44,390 bases of DNA from a virus, in the IMG/VR virus record IMGVR_UViG_3300030503_000223; one strand, 5' to 3'. The notes beneath the pieces are model-generated. The model was not told where the DNA came from and ran no database searches. It saw only the letters and a program-made list of their open reading frames with translations. Both the position numbers and the translations under genes were made by a program. Below are positions 17,501-27,000 of this stretch, one piece after another. Positions within the stretch are counted from its first letter, which is position 1. Each line of letters starts with the position of its first letter.

Positions 17501-18145
17501 TCAGCTCGGGTTTACGCCGTAGAGCTTTTCCTGGGCGCGCTCGCGCAAGCTGCGGTTGTCCACAGGCTTTGGCGGGGGTTCCGGGCGGCCGAGGTCGTCC
17601 TCGGACAAAAGCTCACCAACCAGACGCATCGCATTGGTGAAAACGGGGTCGTTCAGCTGCCGCTTTGCGACTTCGCGGAACTTAGGATCGAAGGAGGCGA
17701 ACCAGCCCACCGCGGTCTTCGCGGCAGCGAGTTCTTCGGACGAGAACGTGGCCTTACAAGCCGCTTCATTGGTCCGATTGGTGTCCTCTATCGTCTTGAG
17801 CCACTGGGCATTCGCATCGCGCGCAAGTTCGACGTAGAGGTCCGCAGTCTTCTGCCTCGATTCGGGCGGGTAGCTCTTCAGGGCTTCCGTGAACTTCGTC
17901 ACCATGCTTTCGGGTGGCTTGAAGTCATCGGGGAGCGTGAAGAGCGGTGCGTCCGGATCAGTCTTGGCGAGCTCTGCCTTCGGGGGTTCTGCGGGTGCTT
18001 CGGCTTTTGCGGGCTCAGAGCCTGTCTGAGGTTCCGCGGGCTTGGCTTCCGTTACCGGGGCAGGATCAGCGGGTGTAGCGGTGGGCGCAGCTGCAGGTTC
18101 TGCAGCCGGGGGAGTGCTTGAATTTCCCGGTTCGCCTTCGGCCAC
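17501..18145 (-). CDS. Scaffolding protein
   Basis: 214 aa. Pro/Ala/Glu-rich N-terminus and helical body. GTG start with GGAG RBS. Immediately upstream of the capsid gene. Confidence 0.6.
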   Translation of the reverse strand: MAEGEPGNSSTPPAAEPAAAPTATPADPAPVTEAKPAEPQTGSEPAKAEAPAEPPKAELAKTDPDAPLFTLPDDFKPPESMVTKFTEALKSYPPESRQKTADLYVELARDANAQWLKTIEDTNRTNEAACKATFSSEELAAAKTAVGWFASFDPKFREVAKRQLNDPVFTNAMRLVGELLSEDDLGRPEPPPKPVDNRSLRERAQEKLYGVNPS

Positions 18146-18222
18146 ACGTATCTCCGTCGTACGCGGGCGAAGTTGAATCGGAAACTGGTATTAGGGAATG
18201 GTCACAAGTTAAATGCGTAAAT

Positions 18223-18396
18223 ATGGGTAATCGGTTGAACGTTTCGGCAGCGGCGAAATTCCTCAAAGTGAGCAGGAAAACGTTGTACAACTGGACCCGA
18301 GAGAACGTCGGGCCGCCGCGCATCCTCATAGGAAAGCGCTATTACTACACCGCAGAAATGCTCACCCAGTGGTGGGAAGCGCGCCGCTTAGCCTGA
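18223..18396 (+). CDS. Excisionase/MerR-type (HTH_17-like) DNA-binding protein, antisense to the late operon
   Basis: 57 aa. AAKFLKVSRKTLYNWTRENVGPPRILIGKRYYYTAEMLTQWW matches the excisionase-family HTH pattern. It is the only plus-strand gene between 36 and 34413. Its 3' end overlaps the convergent gene by 9 nt. Confidence 0.65.
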   Translation: MGNRLNVSAAAKFLKVSRKTLYNWTRENVGPPRILIGKRYYYTAEMLTQWWEARRLA

Positions 18397-18816
18397 TTTC
18401 TTCTTCGAGGTTTCCGGCTTCGGCCGCTCGCGCTCAAGTTCCGAGCGCACACGAAACCATAAACTGAGTTCTACGTCACATATCCACTGCTCCAGCTGAT
18501 AGGCAATGGAGCGCCTACCTGCGATCTCGCACATGACGCTGTTGGAAGGGCTCCAGTACGGCGCATTCCATCCACAGGGACCCGCGATTACCCGCGCCAC
18601 GAACCGCACGCCTTCATCGGTTGCCAGAATCGCCCTGAGATCATTTTCGGCCTGCAGGTCCTTCTGCTTGTCCGAGAGCGCCTTTTCCTTGAGCGCTTTC
18701 GGGTCATTGGACTTCTGCGGTCTGTCGAGAAACTTATCCGTCGGATCAGGTTTCTTCCCCGGTTCAAAGAGACTCTCGGCCGATGTGGCAGGACCTGCGG
18801 CTTCTTCCTCCGTCAT
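18388..18816 (-). CDS. Hypothetical protein between portal and scaffold (position of Bbp19-like proteins of BPP-1-type podoviruses)
   Basis: 142 aa, ATGA-coupled to the portal. The family assignment rests on position and weak recollection only. Confidence 0.4.
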   Translation of the reverse strand: MTEEEAAGPATSAESLFEPGKKPDPTDKFLDRPQKSNDPKALKEKALSDKQKDLQAENDLRAILATDEGVRFVARVIAGPCGWNAPYWSPSNSVMCEIAGRRSIAYQLEQWICDVELSLWFRVRSELERERPKPETSKKKSG

Positions 18817-20741
18817 GCGCCCTGCCCGGCCCCAATAGCTTTAGCGATGTCCCCAAGGCCCCCTGAGGCGCCGGCATCGGCTGCGCTCTTGAGCGCTCCT
18901 GCGTGCGCCTGCATCGTCTGGGCGGCCTGTGCCTGCTGCTCGAGCTGAGCTTGTTTCGCCTGCACCTGCGCACGCTGGGAGCGGATCTGTTTGACCGTCG
19001 CATCATCGCGCACGCATTCCGGAGGCGCCCCCACCGCTGCCGCATACTTCTCAATCGACATGTCCGCATCCCACTTATCCAGCGCGGGGTTATTGGCCAT
19101 CTGCTCGGCCTGCGCGACCTGCAGCACGTATTGGGTCAGCTGCTGAATCGACTGGGCGGTTACTGCATTGATGGCTTGCGCGAGAATTGAGATGTACTTC
19201 ACACGAATGGACGCGCCCTTCAAAGCCGGCGGCGGGGGCGGAAACTTCCCATGCCGAAGACACTCAGCAAAGAGCCAGTCGTGCAGCGGGTTGAACAGAT
19301 CAAAGTTCATCTGCCCCAATACCGGGCCTAGCATCAGCAGCTTCTCTTGCTGCTTGGCGTTGACTTCCGCCGCGGTCTCCTTCTGCCCACCGGGAGAATC
19401 CCGCTCTGCCTGAATGAAGAGAGCGAATATATCGGCGTGGCAGATGCCATTGATGCGTCCCTGGGTTTCCTTGATATCGGCGAGTAAGTCCTGCGTTTCT
19501 GGCTTGATGAGGTAGGCGGGCTCAAAGCCGATTTTATTCCCGTCGGGAGCCGCAAACGTCACATCCCCGGGCAGCTGGCTCGTGCGTTGATTGCGCAACG
19601 AGGGATGGGCCACCATCGGGGGGTCGACATGCTTATCGATGGCCTGCGCTTTGCGCTTCTGCTGAAGCTGAAGCGCGCGGGCGTCGCCGAGACAATCCAT
19701 GGCAGGACCGCGGCCCCAGGCGTCTTCGGAATTCGTGTACCAGCGCGCACAGAAGACCGGGAAGTCCCTGAATCCACCCACGCGCAGCAGCTTCTTTTCA
19801 TCCTCCGCCTGCCCTTCAGTCTTCTGGGCGCTGTTTTTCAAAACCTTATCGGGTTCACCACCGCGCTCGTAGGTGACGGATCTGAAGCGCATCCCGCGAG
19901 GGCCCAAGGCGCCGGGCTTGTACTCGGGGTTTTCCTCCACCGCGTGAACGAGTGACACCCAGCTATCGCGCTGGTTCTGCTCCCACTGTCCGCGCACGTA
20001 ACGGGAGATATTCACCCACGTCTCTTCCTTGCGCGGGTCAAAAGTCCCATCAGCCTGCTTGACGGAGAACTTCTCCACGACCTGCTGAACCGTCCAGCGA
20101 TAGTCGCGAAACCACGTATTAACCCTGCGATGACGGTCGTTGCCGATGTAATAGCTGCCGATCGTGAAGGGTTGGAAGTGCGGGATGTCATCCTCCCCAT
20201 TCTTAGGCAGCGGCCACTCGCGTCCCAACGCCATGATCCCAAACACCGGGTATTCGCCGAAGCACTCCGACAGCGCGTTATAGAAGTTCGAGCGTGAGAG
20301 AAGATCGCGAACGATCTTTGTCGTAGCTGACAACCATTCCTTGACCCCCTTGGCTTCCATGAGAGCGTCGTCCGTGAGTTCGTACGCGAACCACGGGCGT
20401 GCTTCCGATGCGGTCCCGGACATCAGTCCCGCCTGACAGGTATTGATGGCCGATAGTGGGGTTGAGTCGACAATGGCCCAGTTACGCCGCCAGCCGCGAT
20501 TTGTGTCCCACGCATCATTCACCATGAAGCGACCGCGGTATGGCCGAAAATTCTCACTTAAATCACGCCAATTTGGATACCAGGTCATCCGATCAATATT
20601 CAGCATCGACTTGCGGCGCTCGAGTCTCACTTTGAGAGCTTCCGGTATCCCGCCGCGCTTGCGATTTCTCTGACGCAAGGCGGATGAAGGCTGTACGAGC
20701 CCCTCATCCGGCGTCATGTAACCCATCCGTGTGTCGAGCAT
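18813..20741 (-). CDS. Portal protein
   Basis: 642 aa. Size and position fit (upstream of scaffold and capsid). The N-terminal region resembles head-to-tail connector proteins of podoviruses. Confidence 0.75.
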   Translation of the reverse strand: MLDTRMGYMTPDEGLVQPSSALRQRNRKRGGIPEALKVRLERRKSMLNIDRMTWYPNWRDLSENFRPYRGRFMVNDAWDTNRGWRRNWAIVDSTPLSAINTCQAGLMSGTASEARPWFAYELTDDALMEAKGVKEWLSATTKIVRDLLSRSNFYNALSECFGEYPVFGIMALGREWPLPKNGEDDIPHFQPFTIGSYYIGNDRHRRVNTWFRDYRWTVQQVVEKFSVKQADGTFDPRKEETWVNISRYVRGQWEQNQRDSWVSLVHAVEENPEYKPGALGPRGMRFRSVTYERGGEPDKVLKNSAQKTEGQAEDEKKLLRVGGFRDFPVFCARWYTNSEDAWGRGPAMDCLGDARALQLQQKRKAQAIDKHVDPPMVAHPSLRNQRTSQLPGDVTFAAPDGNKIGFEPAYLIKPETQDLLADIKETQGRINGICHADIFALFIQAERDSPGGQKETAAEVNAKQQEKLLMLGPVLGQMNFDLFNPLHDWLFAECLRHGKFPPPPPALKGASIRVKYISILAQAINAVTAQSIQQLTQYVLQVAQAEQMANNPALDKWDADMSIEKYAAAVGAPPECVRDDATVKQIRSQRAQVQAKQAQLEQQAQAAQTMQAHAGALKSAADAGASGGLGDIAKAIGAGQGA

Positions 20742-20745
20742 GGCT

Positions 20746-21039
20746 TTAGCTCTCTGGCTTCATCTTCACGCGATCCAGCACGGCGTGCGGCGTCTGCTCT
20801 TCCCGGGTGCCGGAATTGCCGTGACGCTTCGCATCCGCATTCGGGTGAGTAGCATCCGCATAGCCACCCCCGGGCAGATGGCCTACGGTTTCCTTGTGGT
20901 GGTGCGCGATACCGCCACGGTGATGCACCGGGAATCCCCCGAGGACGGGGTCAACTTCGCGCGCATCGGGGGTTGAGGTCTGTCGAGGACGTGCGCGTAG
21001 CGTCTCGCGATACCCTTTACCGGACTTGTAGTCGCTCAT
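20746..21039 (-). CDS. Small His/Gly-rich protein
   Basis: Start trimmed to ATG 21039 (AGGAGA RBS, downstream of the upstream stop at 21050). 97 aa with HH and HHH clusters. Confidence 0.45.
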   Translation of the reverse strand: MSDYKSGKGYRETLRARPRQTSTPDAREVDPVLGGFPVHHRGGIAHHHKETVGHLPGGGYADATHPNADAKRHGNSGTREEQTPHAVLDRVKMKPES

Positions 21040-21049
21040 GAGAGTTCTC

Positions 21050-22291
21050 CTAGAAGACAAAACGGACGGGTGGGATGGGGTCTGAGATCGGCAACAAGGG
21101 CGTCGGTTGCGCGGTGGCAAGGGTGAAGAGCGGGGTCGTTGAGGGAACCTGCATCATCCAGCCAAACTGCTGCGTGGCTGAGTGAGGCCCGTAGTTCACG
21201 TTGTAAGCGCTGTAGTCGGATGCGAAGGCGATATCGAACACATCCCCGATCTGGTGATAGATCCCACCGTAAGTGCCGGGCTGCACCGCTACGCAGCGGA
21301 AACCGGTATTGGGCGGCGTCGGAGGCGGTAAGAAAATCGCCGCCACATTCGGGAAATCGAAGTGCTCCTGAGTCTTCGCCCCACGCCACTGGAGAGATTC
21401 GTACTGCTGAAAGACAAAGGGTTTAGGCGCCTGATTCGGCGTGATCTGCGTGATGATGACGTTTGGGAAGTCGTATGGCGCTTGTGGCGGCTGACGCTTG
21501 AACTGCAGATCCGGGAACGTCGACTGAACGAAGGGAGACGTGGGCTTTAGGTTCAACGCAACGACGTTCGGGAAGTCATACGTCGCCTGTGCCTGCTGGC
21601 GCTTGTAGCTGTAATCCTCGCTCTGACGCTGAACGAATGGCGCTTGCGCTGCAGCGATCCCCAGGATGAGTGCATTCGGGAAGACGAACGGGTCCTGTGC
21701 CGGTTGGCGTTTAAAGACCGGGGTGTACTGTTCCCCCTGCACCAGGGGTTCAGGTTGCGGCAGATAGATCGTCGAGCGGCCATATTGCCCGGAGAGCGAA
21801 TCTCGATGCTTCAGCTGGTCATCAAAGAGTGTCGGGATGAAGGGCTTCGCACCAATCTGACTCAAGTTCGCGACGAGATTCGGAAGCGGAGACGTGTCCT
21901 GAATCTGACGCCGCGTATGAATGGCCGGCATCATGACAATGGACCCGGGCTGCCCGGGGACGATGTGCAGGCCAAAGACCGAGGTGAGCAGGTTCGGCGC
22001 GTCCGGCAGCTGACCCTTCATCGTCTCGCGGTGATAGGTCTCGCTGTTCGCGTCGAGATTCAGGACCGTGTTGAGCGAAGGCCCCGGATGGCGAACCAGA
22101 AGGTTCGGCAGCAGGTCCATCGTCTGGCCCTTGAGGGACTCGCGATGATAGACCTGGTTGGAGACGTCAAGATCGTACTGAAGAGGCGGCGCAGTGAGTC
22201 CGGGACCTAAGTGAAACAGCAACAGGTTCGGTGGGGCAGAGGTGTCCTGCCACTGCCTGCGCCTGAATACGGGGGTATGAATCACTGCCAT
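21050..22291 (-). CDS. Repeat protein with about nine degenerate ~40-aa repeats ending in PN[LV]
   Basis: 413 aa. Recurrent [FYH]-[KRH]-R-[QE]-x-x-Q..(Y/F)DFPN(V/L) motifs are seen in the translation. Confidence 0.6.
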   Translation of the reverse strand: MAVIHTPVFRRRQWQDTSAPPNLLLFHLGPGLTAPPLQYDLDVSNQVYHRESLKGQTMDLLPNLLVRHPGPSLNTVLNLDANSETYHRETMKGQLPDAPNLLTSVFGLHIVPGQPGSIVMMPAIHTRRQIQDTSPLPNLVANLSQIGAKPFIPTLFDDQLKHRDSLSGQYGRSTIYLPQPEPLVQGEQYTPVFKRQPAQDPFVFPNALILGIAAAQAPFVQRQSEDYSYKRQQAQATYDFPNVVALNLKPTSPFVQSTFPDLQFKRQPPQAPYDFPNVIITQITPNQAPKPFVFQQYESLQWRGAKTQEHFDFPNVAAIFLPPPTPPNTGFRCVAVQPGTYGGIYHQIGDVFDIAFASDYSAYNVNYGPHSATQQFGWMMQVPSTTPLFTLATAQPTPLLPISDPIPPVRFVF

Positions 22292-22292
22292 A

Positions 22293-22634
22293 TCAGAACG
22301 GAGAGATGAACGGCAGCCCCTTCAGCGCTGCTTCCTGAGCTTCCTCCACCACCTTCTTGAAGGGCCTGCAAATACCTGTCAGGAAATAATCGGCCCCACA
22401 CCCATCGCAGATGTGATGGTCACACTTCTTGCACCAGGATCGCGGACGCGTGCGTTTGGGATCGTTGATTACTACGCGCTGACAGTGATAACAGGTGAAC
22501 GTCGATGTCTCAAAAAGCCCTCTCCCAGCCCCCGTCGGAAGACCCGCCTTGTGGACAAGCTCATCAGATACACCGGCCCCTGCGTGCCGGTGATCCGTCA
22601 TGAAATACCCTTCGTGGTCGCGTTTACTGCCCAT
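22293..22634 (-). CDS. Cys-rich putative zinc-ribbon protein
   Basis: 113 aa with CYHC..(16)..CKKC..HHICDGC. Confidence 0.5.
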   Translation of the reverse strand: MGSKRDHEGYFMTDHRHAGAGVSDELVHKAGLPTGAGRGLFETSTFTCYHCQRVVINDPKRTRPRSWCKKCDHHICDGCGADYFLTGICRPFKKVVEEAQEAALKGLPFISPF

Positions 22635-22637
22635 AGT

Positions 22638-24026
22638 TCACATGAGGATGGTGCCAAGAAGCGGGAGAGTTACGATGCCAGCGGTTTGGCTCAACACGCC
22701 AATCACAGCCTGAGCGCCATTGGTGTTCGCGTCCGTCCAGCCAAAGGCTGCAGACGGTGTGGCGCTACCGGCGTAGATCTCATAACACTGTTCCGCACCA
22801 AAATTGGCAGTCGCGGTGTTCGAGATGTTGTTGACGTCGGTAAATCCGGTGCAGGCAAATCCTGCATTGGTAACGCCTACCGTCGTGTGCTGTGCGATGG
22901 CGGCCAGCGCTATGGCCGGTGGCGCTGCCAGCGACTGGCCGGAACTCGCCGTTAGGACGGACCCCGATGACCACACGGCAGAAGCTGGCTGCGTCGGGTC
23001 TGCGGGACTTGCTGATGCGAGCCCTGAAATCTCAACGAGCGTGACCGAGCCAGTTGTGAAGTTGAACCCCGCAGAGGCAAAGGACACCTTGACGGTGTGA
23101 GAGCCAGCCACGACGGTGCCGCCCGGCAGGTACCAGATCCCGGCCCCGAGGTTACTCACCGTCCCCACGAGCACGCCGGGCGGCGTCTCAAGCGCCGTGA
23201 GTGCTGTGCTATAGGTCGTGTCTACGCACGTCGGCACCGGATGACCCCCGCCGGCGGACGTATTGAAGTAAGAGGCAATGCAGACGATGGTGTTACCTGC
23301 CGTCACGCCGTTGATGGTGACGACAATATCTGTGGCATTGCTGACCGTCTGACCGTTGACTGACTGGACGACCGCGATTGAGGGCGCTACGTATTCAGCA
23401 AACGCCACCGCGAAAGTGGTGAACGTATCGGTGCCATGGATCGTCGTGAAATTGGCAAGCGCGTTGCCTGTGGCAGTGACGCGGGCATCCTCAAAAGCCT
23501 GGCCCGTGTTCTGGGAGGCCCCGTAACGTAAGGTGAAGGCGAGCGGGGAAGTCCCGGCAGCCGACACATTGTTTTGATTGATATCGTAGGTATACCCGAG
23601 GAGTAGCGCCGGCTGTGTCGAGACATTGACGTTGTTCGACGTAATTGCATTCGTGCCGGTCCCCGGTGATGCCTGCGTGTTCTTCGTGGCAACGCCGATA
23701 TAGGAAGCAAGCCCGGAGTACTCCGCAACCACCATGTTGCAGGTGCCGGGAGTGCCACCATTGAACGTCGCGGTAAGCGTCGTGATACCGGCCGGGCAGT
23801 TCAGCAAGTAAAAGATGCTGTGATACGCCCCGTTTCCGTCATTCACTGTCGCCTGAGCGGTAGACCATGTGTCACTGAGGTTGTCCGTGAATGTGACTGT
23901 CGGGCTGCCACCACCGGCTGACGTGCTGATGCATACCACCAGCAAGTCCCCACTGTTCGTGGGCGAGAACGTGATGGTGTTACCGTTAGAGGCGTTGGCG
24001 CCGTCTTTGACGTATGCGTATGCCAT
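22638..24026 (-). CDS. Two-domain beta-rich protein (internal duplication), function unknown
   Basis: 462 aa. GDLLVVCISTSAGGGSPTVTFTD in the first half is echoed by GNTIVCIASYFNTSAGGGHPVPTCVD in the second half. Confidence 0.55.
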   Translation of the reverse strand: MAYAYVKDGANASNGNTITFSPTNSGDLLVVCISTSAGGGSPTVTFTDNLSDTWSTAQATVNDGNGAYHSIFYLLNCPAGITTLTATFNGGTPGTCNMVVAEYSGLASYIGVATKNTQASPGTGTNAITSNNVNVSTQPALLLGYTYDINQNNVSAAGTSPLAFTLRYGASQNTGQAFEDARVTATGNALANFTTIHGTDTFTTFAVAFAEYVAPSIAVVQSVNGQTVSNATDIVVTINGVTAGNTIVCIASYFNTSAGGGHPVPTCVDTTYSTALTALETPPGVLVGTVSNLGAGIWYLPGGTVVAGSHTVKVSFASAGFNFTTGSVTLVEISGLASASPADPTQPASAVWSSGSVLTASSGQSLAAPPAIALAAIAQHTTVGVTNAGFACTGFTDVNNISNTATANFGAEQCYEIYAGSATPSAAFGWTDANTNGAQAVIGVLSQTAGIVTLPLLGTILM

Positions 24027-24027
24027 G

Positions 24028-27000
24028 TCAGGTCACAAAGCTGCAGCCGATTTCAGTGACGGTTCCGTCCCACGCTCCGACGTTGCAGGCAGCCCCCGTT
24101 GAGACCCCGCCCACGCGTCCCGTCTGATAGGCGGTCGAGCCTGATTGGACCTGATACTGAAGCTGAAACGCCCCGTTGTTGGTGAAGGGATTGGTGGTGG
24201 TGCTGGTGGAATGGGCATCCACACCAGTGGCGCTCTGCCAGGCAGCCAGCGATGAGTAGCCCACGAACCCGCTGGAACTCTGCGTGCCTGAAGGGACGGT
24301 GCCGTAGAGGTTGTGGCCGCCATAGATGTTGTAATCCCACTTGGTCGAGAAATCGAGGTTGAACGTCGTATAGCTGTACGTCGAGGCCGGGGTAAACCCT
24401 TCATCCGCGTAGAGGTTATTCCAGCCACTGATGACGTGGCTTCCGGCCGTCGTCTCAAAGGCGTTGGTGCAGAACACCGCTCCGGCCGCTTGATTGGCCG
24501 TGGCAACGAACGTGTTGTTGTAAATCTGTACGGGTGTCGTCCATCCGAACTGCCCCGTATCGTTCGTGAGCGAGATATAGCAGAAGGCGTTGACGATGAT
24601 GTTGTGGTGGATGCTGGTGAGCGTTCCTGCCCCGCCATCCGCATTGAACCCAAAAATTCCCGCGTAGTTCTGCGTAGACCCACCCGAGGGGGTCTTATTC
24701 GTCATATCGATGTAGTTGTAAGCTACCGTGCTGTTGTACTGCGTCGCCTCTTTGCTGTGGATGTTGCCGGTATTGACGAAGTGGTTGTAGGTGACCTGAA
24801 CGCCGCTGCTCGCGCCATTCAATCCCCAGATGTACATCGCCGAGAAGTGATTGGCGTCCGTCCAGCCCGAATTGTCGTGCACATAGTTATTGGTCACCGT
24901 GCAGTTGGTGTGGGCGTACATGATGATCGGGCCCAGGTTCACACCCGAAGACACAGTGGTGCTCTGCGCGTTGCCGCCCGTAATCTCGCAGTTCTGCAGT
25001 GTGGCGTTCGGGACCTGGCCGCCGCCGCCGTCGTAGTTACCGAAGTGCACGGCCCAGAGTGAAAAGCCCGTCAGCTTGATTCCGTCAATAATCCAGTTGC
25101 CCCAGTTGGCGGGTCGGTTGACTTCAATGCCGCAGCCGATCATCGAACTGATGTTCGCGTTGCCGCCGCCGTAAAACCCATTCCCATTGGCGGTGATCGT
25201 GGCAAGGCCTCTCACGTAGACACCTGAGCTATTGCAGGAGGCGATGTAGGTCTTCGTGCTGGAGTTAGGGCCACCATTCACGTTCAGCACCGGGGTGTGG
25301 TACGTCGTGTTCATCAGCCCCGAGACGTCGTAACTGCCCTGGTCGCCGATAATTCCGACTCTCGTCCCGCCGTACGTGGACTGCATCGCGTTGATGGCAG
25401 TGAGTGCCCAAGGGCTCGCCAGCGTGCCGGGATTGCTATTACTGCCGGTGGGAGAGATGAAGTAGTTGAAGGCCGCGGGCTGAGCAACGATCGTGAAGGG
25501 TCCCGGGGCTACGTTGTTCAGAACCGTCCCTGCGTTATTGACGATATGCGCGTATACGGTCTGGCCGATGGTGAATTTGTCCTGCCAGCACTTCGCTGTA
25601 GCGCTCGTATTACTGACGGCGCTCGGCAGCTGATAGGCCCTGATCCTCGATGCTGCAAGCGTTGGCTGGTCGCCAAGATACATATGCCAGAACGCAAGAT
25701 CCCCGGCAGCGCCCACTCCAAAGGTGAGGTTGGACACCCCAATCATGTTGTTCACGCCGCGGTTGCGGCTGTACGCAATCCCGAAGACATGATTGCGCTG
25801 AGGGAAATTTACTGCGGTGTCGGTGGTCTGCTGATAATTTATGCTGTTGAGTAGCACCCCTCCATAAATCTCATTCTCAACCCAAGCCCCCGTACTCTGT
25901 GTCGTGATGATGGCGTTCGTTTCTCGGAAGATGTAGCCCGAACCGATGGGGTTATAGGCCGCATACTGGTACGAGCAATCCGTGTTCCCCGTGTTGTCGA
26001 CCATTTTCCAGGCGCCATACGCGACGGCGTCGGTCGTCATGAGACACGTCGGCTGAGTCGTGCACAGAGCGTTCGGCGAGAAAGTATTGAAAGCCGTGTA
26101 GTAGCTATCGGCAGGGAACGGACCGACTCCCTGGCCAAAGACCTGAGTCTTGAAGTTATCGTCCGTACCGAAGGTGAACGTATCGCTCGCCTGCGTGGAC
26201 AGAATCGAAATCGGGTTACCTGTCCCGTCGTCAGATTCAAGCGTGATTGTGCTGCCAGCGATTGATTTTATGACGCAACCGGGAAGCGCGCCGGCTGAAT
26301 CCGTGACGTAAAGACCTGCCACCACGCCCGTTGGAATACTCGGTACCGTGATCGTCGTCGCGCCCTGAACGCAACTCCCCGTCGCCGTGTTGGGTCCTGT
26401 GAAACTGTTGAAATTCCACCCGGAATGGCACTGATAGCTATAGCACGCAAAGATCGGGTACACGCCTCCCGTGACCCCGGGAGCTGTGTAATTGATGTAG
26501 ATCGACGCTGCATCGCTCTGGGAGCTTGGCAGATCGACACCACCGACCATGATCGCTGAAACAAAAGGATCTGATCCCCCAGGCGTCCACCCATTTTGGG
26601 TAAAGGTCGTCGCCTGGTTCTGCATGTCATAGTTGCCACCGGCGCCGGCAAACGCACCGTTGATCCCAGGGTCCAGATTCCCCACTCCGCTCTGCCCGCG
26701 AGCGCAGGTGATGGGCGTGAAGACGGACGGCGTGCCAAAGCCCGTTCCGGTTACCGTGAATACCTGTCCGTGGTAGAGCGTATTACCCGTTGAGGGGAAC
26801 GTCGTGCCCGTAGCGCTTGCGCTTTGTGCGCCTTCGATGTTGGACTCGTTTACTTCAGCAACGGTGTACGTGTAAGACGTACCCGGCTGCAGCGCCCCAC
26901 TCGTATCCGCCATGGAGTTCGTCGTGGGGAAGGCTAACGACACGCCACCGCGGTAGACGTGATACTTCAGGAAGTTCAGGTCACTGACCGCATTCCAGGT

